A stretch of DNA of 64,000 nt from Clostridiales bacterium (GTDB lineage: Bacteria > Bacillota > Clostridia > Oscillospirales > CAG-272): contig DULN01000006.1 of assembly GCA_012840355.1 (NCBI GenBank), positions 5,514 to 69,513 of the forward strand, read 5' to 3'. The notes beneath the pieces were generated by a model. The model saw only the letters and a list, made by a program, of their open reading frames with translations, made no database searches and had not been told where the DNA came from. Shown here one piece after another: positions 54,905 to 63,458 of this stretch. Within the stretch, counting starts at the first letter, position 1, and each line of letters begins with the position of its first letter. The position numbers were made by a program, and so were the translations under genes.

Positions 54905-55090
54905 TTGCCAGGTTCCTTTCTGCTTTATTGATTCGCATTAATTATATCAGCGATAATATTATAAGTCAAATTAATATAATTTAAGTTTTTGTTGTCGCTT
55001 TTGCTCTTTTGTGTGAATGACAGCATTACGCACACATATTTCCTACCTTTTTCAATATTATTATGTCTGCTAGCAGAAACCGGATTTTGA

Positions 55091-55140
55091 CAAAAATAAA
55101 AATGCAGAGGCTTCCGGCGCGGCGAAAGCGGTCTCTGCAT
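55091..55140 (-). terminator. terminator/attenuator hairpin in the leader of the CofE-like gene
   Basis: ATGCAGAG (55102-55109) / CTCTGCAT (55133-55140) enclosing a GC-rich insert. On the minus strand it is followed by TTTTTATTTTTG. It lies ~190 nt upstream of the start codon with no ORF in between. Confidence 0.5.
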
Positions 55141-55338
55141 CTTCGGTGTACGCTGCGTGCAGTAAGAGAGGGTACATAGCAATGGTAATTTAACTCGCAG
55201 CGCACTTAAAATACATTTGTCATTATTATATTTCTTTTATTTTTCAGAAAAAATAATATGCCGCGGCTCATATTCATCCGCTCACACCGCCTCAGTGGCA
55301 GAATATAATCTAAATGAATATCATTGTCGGGTGAGAAT

Positions 55339-56160
55339 ATGGGATATTTTGTTGAGGTTAGCGGCAAAGTCAAAATATATGTCGAGGACCTAAACCCAAA
55401 TGCTGAAAAAGCGATAGTTTTCCTCCACGGCTGGCCGGGCGACCATACGCTGTTTGAGTATCAATTCGATAAGCTATACTCGCTGGGCTACAGGTGCATA
55501 GGTCTTGACACAAGGGGGTTCGGCAATTCCGACAAACCTTGCTGGGGATATGACTATAATACCTTGTCCGACGACGTTAGGGAAGTTGTAGAGGCACTTG
55601 GGCTAAGAAATTTTACGTTGCTAGGGCATTCCACCGGCGGCGCGATAGCGGCAAGGTATATGGGGCGGCACAAAGAATACGGCGTTAGGAATTTGGTGCT
55701 TGTCGCTGCAGCCGCGCCGAGCCTTATAAAGCGGCCGAACTTCCCGTATGGGGTCGAAAAGCTCTCGATAATTCAGACGATAAACGATACATATAACGAT
55801 CGGCCCCAAATGCTGCGCAATTTTGGCGAAAGGTTTTTCTTCAAGAATACATCGGAAGCGTTTAACGACTGGTTTTTCCAAATCGGGCTTAAAGCAGCAG
55901 GCTGGGCGACCGCGGCGGTTGCGCAGACTTGGATTAACGAGGTGCTTTTTGAGGATTTGAAAAAGATAAGCGTCCCGACGCTGATAATGCAGGGTGTGCA
56001 TGACAAGATTGTGCCGATGGAGCTTGCCGATGAACAGCATAGGCTAATCCGCAACTCAAAGCTTGCGACGTTCGAGTACTCCGGTCACGGGGTTTTCTAT
56101 GACCAGAAAGACGAGTTCAACGATATATTGGTAAGATTCGTAGAGAACAGGCTATATTGA
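55339..56160 (+). CDS. alpha/beta-fold hydrolase
   Basis: ORF 55324-56160. ATG 55339. HGWPGD oxyanion region and nucleophile elbow GHSTGG. C-terminal ...SGHGVFYDQ. Confidence 0.85.
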   Translation: MGYFVEVSGKVKIYVEDLNPNAEKAIVFLHGWPGDHTLFEYQFDKLYSLGYRCIGLDTRGFGNSDKPCWGYDYNTLSDDVREVVEALGLRNFTLLGHSTGGAIAARYMGRHKEYGVRNLVLVAAAAPSLIKRPNFPYGVEKLSIIQTINDTYNDRPQMLRNFGERFFFKNTSEAFNDWFFQIGLKAAGWATAAVAQTWINEVLFEDLKKISVPTLIMQGVHDKIVPMELADEQHRLIRNSKLATFEYSGHGVFYDQKDEFNDILVRFVENRLY

Positions 56161-56396
56161 TAGAGTACATAAAAATGCTCGGTGCCGGCTTTAGCACCGA
56201 GATTTTTTATAGCTTTTTGCATTATCCCCCATGTTCGGTTATCCTCCTGCACGCGCCGGTCGAGGGTTATAAAATATGCGCTAAAGCCTGACACTCGCAC
56301 GACGAGGTTTTGGTATTTTTCGAGTTTGCGCATCGCGTCGAGGAGCACCTCGCGCGAGACTGAGTTAATCAGTATCACCTGCCCGCCGCGGCTCAT
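56097..56396 (-). pseudogene. C-terminal remnant of a glycyl-radical enzyme (PFL-like)
   Basis: MSRGGQVILINSVSREVLLDAMRKLEKYQNLVVRVSGFSAYFITLDRRVQED matches the GG.H.qfNvv...L.dA...PekY..L.VRVsGy/fSA.F glycyl-radical signature. There is no SD and no upstream enzyme body. The reading frame overruns into the convergent hydrolase gene. Confidence 0.6.
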
Positions 56397-56545
56397 GATG
56401 CAAAGCTTTATTGATAGAGATTGCCGAAATACTACTAAAAAGACAAAGAACACCATAAATACTATTGAATTACAGAAGGCATTTAGTTATAGTATTAATG
56501 TAATCCGCTTTGGCGGGAACGATTAACGAAAGCGGGGGTCGCAGC

Positions 56546-56896
56546 ATGAGAAAAGCTACCGCAATATTGCTTATGGCTTTATTGCCGCTTGCTTTTTTGG
56601 CGATATCGTGCTCGGATAAGGCAGCGCAGGTAAAGGCGCCGGGGGGGACAATGGCAAGCTCTTTGGAAAGTTACGCGGAAACCACAAGGAAAAGCGCCGG
56701 TGTGCCCAGCAGGGACTATGGCGGGAAGTCTTTTGACATCTTTGTCTCGGGGAACTGGGCTAACGATTGGACCGAATCATATGATTTTCACGCGCCGGAA
56801 ATGAACGGCGAGCTTATCAATGACGTTGGTCAGAAAGCACACATGGACGATGGACAATTTTGTCAGGATGGCAAGGCAAGTATCGAGCGACCTTAA
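56546..56896 (+). pseudogene. solute-binding lipoprotein paralogue 8, 5' fragment
   Basis: ORF 56510-56896. ATG 56546. Lipobox AISC. It follows the family up to ...EMNGELIND and then leaves the frame. Confidence 0.7.
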
Positions 56897-57641
56897 CGGC
56901 GATTCGAAGTTCGACCACAATGACCTTTACGGGATGTGTGTCTGGCAGGATGGTATGCTTGCCGCTATTAATGCCGCCGGCGGGCGGATAGGCAGGATTA
57001 ACGAAAATGGCGAAATTGAGCTGACGCTTAACACCGAGCGCAATGTCGATATGCTGATGAAGTTTATGAGCCTGGTGTGCGACCGGACGGTTGCTTATTC
57101 AATTTACCACTCGGGCGACCATATTGAAAACATGTTTGCAAACGACCAAGTGTTGTTTTATAATCGTTATTTGAATATAGTGAAAAAATACCGCAACATG
57201 GAAACCGATTTCGGGATTTTGCCGTTCCCGCTTTATGAAGAGGCGCAAAAGGAATACCACACGACTGTGCACGCTTATGGCAACTCGTTTATATGCGTGC
57301 CACTGGTCGTCGAGGACGTCGAGATGACGGGAATAGTGCTTGAAGATATGTCGTGCGAGTCGGTGTACATAATAACCCCAGCTTATTATGAGATTTCGCT
57401 TCAAGGCAAGCTTTTGCGCGACAACGAGTCGAGCGAGATGCTCGATATAATCCTTTCCACAAGGCTTTACGACGTCGGCGCCTCTTATCAAATCGGCACG
57501 TACAACGAGCGTATAATGGATATGTTCAGAAACAACACCACCGACTTTGCCTCGATGTATAAAAAGTTTGAAAAAATAGCGCTGAAAGACGTAGAAAAGA
57601 TCAACGAGGCGTTTTCAGAGGTTTTAGGCAAAAACGGCTGA
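56820..57641 (+). pseudogene. solute-binding lipoprotein paralogue 8, 3' fragment
   Basis: It resumes in another frame at LVRKHTWTMD (= DGxWTxD motif) and runs to the normal C-terminus (METDFGILPFPLY, PAYYEISLQGKLLRDNESSEMLD). About 130 residues between the two motifs are missing relative to the paralogues. Confidence 0.7.
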
Positions 57642-57662
57642 AGAAATAGATTGGAGAATTTT

Positions 57663-58508
57663 ATGTGGAATCATAGGCTTTGCATCGGAATAAGCGACTC
57701 TTTCGGGCTTGGGGTGCCCGAGCAGCTTGAGTTATTTTACGAGATAGGTTTTGACGGGTTTTTCACCGGCTGGTGGCGAGGCTGCCCGATTAAAGAGTGG
57801 CGGCAGCTCGCCGACAGTCTGGGGCTCTTATACCAATCGGTGCACGCTCCGTTTGGCTACGCCGCGAAAATGTGGGAAAAAACCGACGAAGCCGACGCGG
57901 CGGTAGAGGACCTTCTCGCTTGCCTGCATGATTGCGCCGAAAACCGCGTGCCTATTATGGTGATGCACGCATACATAGGGTTTGACCCTGCCGAGCCGAC
58001 CGAGGCTGGTCTTGAAGTTTACGGCAAAGTCATAGCCGAAGCGGAACGGCTCGGCGTGAAAATCGCGTTTGAGAACACCGAAGGCGAAAACTTCCTCGAG
58101 GCGCTGATGAGGCATTTTGCAAGCTCGCCGGCTGTGGGATTTTGCTGGGACAGCGGGCACGAGATGTGCTATAACCGCAGTGTAGACCTGTTAGCTTTAT
58201 ACGGCAAAAAGCTTATTTGCACGCACCTGCACGACAACCTCGGTATTAAAGATTTTGGCGGCAAAATTACATGGCGCGACGATTTGCATCTTTTGCCATT
58301 CGACGGCATCGCCGATTGGAAAGAGGTAGCGGCAAGGCTCGATAGGGAAGGCTATTGTGGCGAGCTTACGCTGGAACTTACAAGATCGAGCAAGCCCGGC
58401 AGGCATGAAAATGATATATACGCGAAAATGGATATAACCGATTTTCTTGCCGAAGCATACAAACGCGCCTGCAAGATAGCGGCGATGAGGAAAAACGGGG
58501 CTTGCTAA
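57663..58508 (+). CDS. sugar phosphate isomerase/epimerase (xylose isomerase-like TIM barrel)
   Basis: ORF 57651-58508. ATG 57663 after GGAG. VMHAY..., IAFENTEGE, WDSGHE, HLHDN metal/acid motifs typical of AP_endonuc_2 TIM barrels. Confidence 0.8.
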   Translation: MWNHRLCIGISDSFGLGVPEQLELFYEIGFDGFFTGWWRGCPIKEWRQLADSLGLLYQSVHAPFGYAAKMWEKTDEADAAVEDLLACLHDCAENRVPIMVMHAYIGFDPAEPTEAGLEVYGKVIAEAERLGVKIAFENTEGENFLEALMRHFASSPAVGFCWDSGHEMCYNRSVDLLALYGKKLICTHLHDNLGIKDFGGKITWRDDLHLLPFDGIADWKEVAARLDREGYCGELTLELTRSSKPGRHENDIYAKMDITDFLAEAYKRACKIAAMRKNGAC

Positions 58509-58536
58509 CCTGACATATCGCTTTGGGGGAAGCTAA

Positions 58537-59307
58537 ATGAAAATACATGTTTTCGGCAGTTGTTCGGGCACCGAGCCTATGCCGGGGCGGCGCCATGTCG
58601 CTTTTGCAGCCGAAGCCGGCGGGAAGCTATATTGGTTTGACGCGGGCGAGGGCAGTTCGTATACTGCGCACCTGATGGGCCTCGATTTGCTAAAAGTTCG
58701 CTCGGTGTTTATATCGCACACCCATATGGACCATGTCGGCGGGCTTGGCAACTTGTTTTGGAATATCCGCAAGCTCACGCATGTTAAAAGCAGGCAGCCC
58801 GAGCATGACATCAAGCTTTTTATACCTAACTCATCCACTTGGGACGGCATCTATATGATGCTGAAAAACACCGAGGGCAACTTCCACTGCGATTTTAAAA
58901 TAAATGTACACCCGGTATCCGACGGCGTGCTGTACGAAGACGAAAATATTAAAGTCGAGGCGCTGCACAATATGCATCTCGGCAAGTCTGAGCCGTGGCT
59001 GTCGTACTCGTACCGCTTTTCGGCAGAAGGCAAAAGGGTAATTTACTCGGGCGACATCAGGGACTCGTCCGACCTTGATGAGTTCCTCAAAGACGGCTGT
59101 GATGTGCTTATGACCGAAACCGGACACCACACGCCCGACGCGATGCCGAGGCATATAGCGGAAAAAGGCTTTAAGGTAGGCAAGCTCATGTATATCCACT
59201 GTGGACCGAGCATACTCGCTGATGAAGAAAAAGCGGAGTCACTTATCCAATCCGTCTGGCCCGGAGATTTTGTAATATGCCGTGATGGGGTAACTTATGA
59301 GGCGTAA
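58537..59307 (+). CDS. MBL-fold metallo-hydrolase
   Basis: SD GGGGGAAG. ISHTHMDHVGG motif. 256 aa. Confidence 0.8.
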   Translation: MKIHVFGSCSGTEPMPGRRHVAFAAEAGGKLYWFDAGEGSSYTAHLMGLDLLKVRSVFISHTHMDHVGGLGNLFWNIRKLTHVKSRQPEHDIKLFIPNSSTWDGIYMMLKNTEGNFHCDFKINVHPVSDGVLYEDENIKVEALHNMHLGKSEPWLSYSYRFSAEGKRVIYSGDIRDSSDLDEFLKDGCDVLMTETGHHTPDAMPRHIAEKGFKVGKLMYIHCGPSILADEEKAESLIQSVWPGDFVICRDGVTYEA

Positions 59308-59795
59308 GGAGGGTAAAAGGGCTAATCGGCGCGATTTAAAGGCTTGAAAAGGCAAACATATTGAAACGACGATTTAGGAGTACACGAAAGGATAAAACGT
59401 CTAGGTAATTGAAGAAGGAATATGAATAACTTGTTGGAATAGTTTTTGGGGAGTATTTATAAAGATTTGCTAAAAAATTACGATATAATATATGATACGC
59501 CCCGCTAAAGCCTAAGATAAATGCTTGGGCTTTTAACAATATATAGTTTTTAGTCATTGAATTTTCACGATCTGGGCAAAATATACAAAATTGTCGGGAA
59601 ATTTTTGCCGTTGTTTGTTGGTGTCAAATAGCAAAACCATCTTTATTTTTTGGTAAAATTATGATATAATTTTATGTGTAGAAAAACATATATTCTAGAG
59701 TGCAAATTAGCCAAGATAAGCCGGCAAGCATAACCTTGCGCTAACCCACTCTTGTTTTGCGCTTTATTATCACATAACTTCAGGGAGGAGAAAGA

Positions 59796-62156
59796 ATGTC
59801 AAAGAAGTTTTTGTCGGTTTTTCTGGCACTTGTAATGGCATTTGCTTTGTTCCCGATTACAGGTGCAGCCGAAGGTGATGTGCCAGAGTTTTCGGACATG
59901 CCCGTCGGTGGGGCAGGCGAAGCTCTGCAATTCGCCGTTGACAATGGCCTACTAAATGGCTACGACGGCAAGATAATGCCATATGACCCGCTTACAAGGG
60001 CTCAGATGGCGGCGATAATGGCTCGTGCTTTCGGTGCGACCGAAAAAGCCGACGTGTCCGGTTATACCGACCTTGTCGGTGTGGACGAATGGATCGTCGA
60101 CAGCATGGCAAAAGCCCTCAAGATGGGCATCATGCAAGGTTATGACAACAAGATGGATCCGAACGGCTATATAACCCGCGAGCAGGCGTTTGTGGTGCTT
60201 GCAAGGGCGCTCAAGCTCGAGCCTTCTGCAACATCGCGCAAGTGGTATAGCGATGCGGACGAGCTGTCTGAGTGGGCAAAAGGTTATGTGTTTACACTTG
60301 TAAATGCCGGTTACATAACTGGAACTGGCGACACGCTGAATCCAAAGGATTATATAACCAGGGCTGATTTTGCCCAGCTGATGTACAACACAGTTAAGCA
60401 GTTTATAAACGTTCCCGGCGAGTATACAAAAGTAGCCGATGGCAACGTTGTTGTAAATGTCCCTGACGTGACGCTGAAGAACGTCACGATAAAAGGTGAC
60501 CTTATCGTCGGCGACGGCGTTGGCGAGGGCGACCTTACGCTCGACAACGTTGTAGTAAAAGGCAGGATGCTTGTCCGCGGCGGCGGTATAGAATCGATAG
60601 TTATCGTCGGCGGCGGCGTTGAGGGCAAAGTTATTGTCGCAAAGGCTGACGGCAATGTGCGCGTTGTCGTCGACGGCGCTGACGTGGAAGTTGTCGTTAT
60701 TGACGACGGCAAAAACGAAGTTGTCATCGAAGGTACCGTCGGTGCGGTTGATATTAACGCATCCGACGTGCCAGTGGCAATCCGCGGCGGCAAAGTTGGC
60801 GAAGTCAAAGTCAGCTGCGAAGGCTCGGCGGTTATCACCGTGGCTGACGATGCCGAAGTTGGCTCGATAGCAGTTGCCGACAGTGCGGAAGGCACCTCGA
60901 TTTTTGTCAAAGGCAGCGTTGCGGAGATTGAGACTTCGGCTGCTAATACGATGGTATACGGCAGCGGCGAAGTCGGCACCGTTTCAGTGGGCTCGACTGC
61001 TGACAACACTTCGGTCACGACGCCGAACACCGTTATAAACAACGGCGGCGCATCTGGCGTTACCGCAGCTGGCGGCAAAGAAGTGCCCGTAGTGGGCAGC
61101 GTTCAGAACAACGCCACAGGTACCAATATTGTGACATCGCCTGCGCCGAGCGATGGTGGCGAAACCGGTACCACTCCTACTCCCACACCCACCCCGCAGC
61201 CTCAGCCGATTCCGCAGGTACCGGCAGGGCCGGTTGTGGTTCCGGTATACGGTGTTAGGATTGAAGGTACACCCGAGCTTCGTCAGGTCCTGACTGCTGT
61301 AGTCAATCCGTCCAGTGCGACAGTAAAGTATCAGTGGCTGCGTTCTGATGATGGCGTTAATTTCGAAGAAATAGAGGGCGCCACGGGCAGAACTTACACG
61401 CTTACCGAAAGCGATTTGGGAATGTATATACAGGTTAAGGTCACCGGTATCCTGCCATATTTCGGAACGGTACAAAGCGCGCCTGTATATCTGGAAAAAA
61501 TTATTGAACTTGTTCCTGCCATCGGAGAAGGAAGCTACCACAAGGGACAGTCGTTTACTTCCACGGTAACTCTGAGAAGCAATTATGACATCCCCGAAGG
61601 TCTGACCACTACCGTCACATTGACCGATAAGTCCGGAGCCCCGGTTTATTTATCGACCCTGCTTGAATACATTTCTTTGACAACGCAGGTAGGCGATAAA
61701 GAGCCGAGCAAGACGTTTTTACCGCCGCTTAACCTATCGACGTTTTCTTACGGAGGGGCTGACGGGTTCGGCCTTTTCGCCTCTGAACCTCAGGTTACCA
61801 CTATCGAAGGGCGTGTAAAACTTGATGCGCCTGTCGGCACATATATAATCACCACAGAAACCAAGTACCAGGGTGAAACGGTCGCAACCGCAGTATACAC
61901 GGTGCATATTGAGCCGGTTGCGGAAGTCGCTAATATTACGGATCTCAACGCGGCGCTTCAAATAGAGGATGTTCAGACAATAGTATTCCTTAATGACATT
62001 ATAAGCGAGGACAGCCCCGTTGAAGTAAGACGTACTGTTACAATCGACGGTAACAATAAAACCCTTAGCTTTACAGGACTGTTCAACAACAGCAATAACG
62101 TAAATGACGGACTGGTAATTCATTCGTCGAATACTGTTGTCAAGAACCGACAGTAG
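59796..62156 (+). pseudogene. SLH-domain cell-wall-anchored surface protein, fragment 1 of 3
   Basis: SD GGGAGGAG. Signal peptide ...PITGAAEG. Three SLH repeats (FSDMP...AIMARAF; YTDLV...VVLARAL; YSDAD...AQLMYNTV), then a V/G/D-rich beta-solenoid-like region, a TP-rich linker and Ig-like repeats. It ends ...VVKNRQ* at TAG 62154-62156. Confidence 0.75.
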
Positions 62157-62164
62157 ACGCCAAC

Positions 62165-62572
62165 TTGCCTAATCCCGAAGTATGGATAGGCAGCTATGCG
62201 GTTCAGATACATAACACCACTGGCGTTATATTGGAAAACATAACCGCGACCGGCGCCAACGGCGGTATCTATGTAAACAGTTCTGTCGTAAAACTTGCAG
62301 GCACGGTAAACGTTTCGGGCAACGGCTTCGGCGGCATTGAGGTATCCAAGGGCAGAAGCCCGACCGACTTCCTGTCGCTGGATGTAAGCAATGTTATTCT
62401 CGTCAACAATACGGAAGCTTACGGACTGCCGACGATTTGGGAGGACAATGTCGAAGTAGCGAGCAATGTTTCCGGATATGGCGGTAAATTAACAGTAAAC
62501 AATAATGTTAAGCCCTATCAGGTACAGTACTACATTTATCCTCAGAATGCTGAACCGACTCCTTCAACATAA
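62165..62572 (+). pseudogene. SLH surface protein, fragment 2 of 3
   Basis: A different frame, open upstream through 62147, reads (P)TVDANLPNPEVWIGSYAVQIHNTTGVILENITATGANGGIYVNSS... and continues fragment 1 if 1 nt is restored near 62145-62150. Confidence 0.65.
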
Positions 62573-62623
62573 AAGTTATCATATGAGGCACCCAACAGTG
62601 TTGTCGCCAATCAGATCTATACG

Positions 62624-62947
62624 GTGGACGTTACGATTGAGCCTGATGTGGTCGGCTACCGTGGATATGACAGAGTCCTGTTTATAGTAGAAATACAAAA
62701 ACCTGAGGGAGCCACGGTAAATCTTCTTGCTGTAGACAGCAAAGGTAAACAGTTTGATGTGGCTCAGCTCGGATACTGGGGACCGCCGAACGGTTTCTCG
62801 ATCGACAAAGACTACATAGCAACAACCGCTTTTTCCGTGAAATTCAGTGATGCCGGCGAATATACAATTTCATTTAGTTTAGTGGATTTAGACGATGATG
62901 AAAATGTACTTGCCAGCAAAACAGTCACGGTAAATGTAACGGAATAA
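62624..62947 (+). pseudogene. SLH surface protein, fragment 3 of 3
   Basis: Same frame as fragment 2. The two are separated only by TAA at 62570-62572 (...AEPTPST*KLSYEAPNSVVANQIYTVDVTIEPD...). Confidence 0.65.
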
Positions 62948-62969
62948 GGCGATTAACCGAAAACCAAAA

Positions 62970-63013
62970 CCCCGTGGGAAAGCAATATATTCGCTCTCTC
63001 ACGGGGCGTTTTT
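62970..63013. terminator. bidirectional terminator
   Basis: CCCCGTG (62970-62976) ... CACGGGG (63000-63006) with partially paired interior. T-runs follow on both strands. Confidence 0.55.
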
Positions 63014-63386
63014 ATAACAGCTGCCCTTCAAACTTAAGCTCTTTCGCCATCCTGTCCCGGCCCACCACGGCATTTTCAAAAATCGCCTTAGCCGAGCCGA
63101 TGTGGCTTTCCGGCTCGGTCAGCGCGGGGCTGAACGCCTCGCGCATGAAATACGTATAATTTGTGGTGATCCGGTCGATAAGTTTTACCGTCGCCCGGCC
63201 GGTCGTGTCTGAGATAAGGTAGCTATAATAGTCGGAAAAACTTCTAAAACCCTCTTGCTCAAGCATGTTTTGAAGCCGGAAAACAAGAAGGTTTATTTTG
63301 TTTTCTTTTAAATGTATCCCATAATTGCTCTTAATATAGCTTGCAAGATGTTTGAATTCTTCAGCAGTTATGGTAAGCATTTTCAC
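63012..63386 (-). pseudogene. CheR-like methyltransferase, N-terminal domain only
   Basis: LTITAEEFKHLASYIKSNYGIHLKENKINLLVFRLQNMLEQEGFRSFSDYYSYL...LIDRITTNYTYFMRE is the CheR_N helix bundle plus the first catalytic-domain motif (TTNxTxFxRE). After that comes an unrelated ~35-aa tail and a stop. The SAM-binding domain is absent. No SD. Confidence 0.6.
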
Positions 63387-63400
63387 AAACTAACCAGAAA

Positions 63401-63430
63401 GTTAGAGGATAACAAAAGTTATCCTCTAAC
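63401..63430 (-). terminator. hairpin downstream of the MCP gene
   Basis: Perfect 13-bp inverted repeat GTTAGAGGATAAC (63401-63413) / GTTATCCTCTAAC (63418-63430), 4-nt loop. Weak U-tract (TTTCTGG) on the minus strand. Confidence 0.55.
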
Positions 63431-63458
63431 TTTCGACACAATCAATTTATAAACGACA

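Noticed and set aside
62154-62572. Programmed recoding (pyrrolysine at TAG 62154, or readthrough at TAA 62570) in the SLH protein gene
   Set aside because: Continuation after the TAG requires a frame change, not readthrough. TAA is not a known Sec/Pyl codon. No pyl or sel genes or recoding structures were seen. Ordinary inactivating mutations are the simpler explanation.
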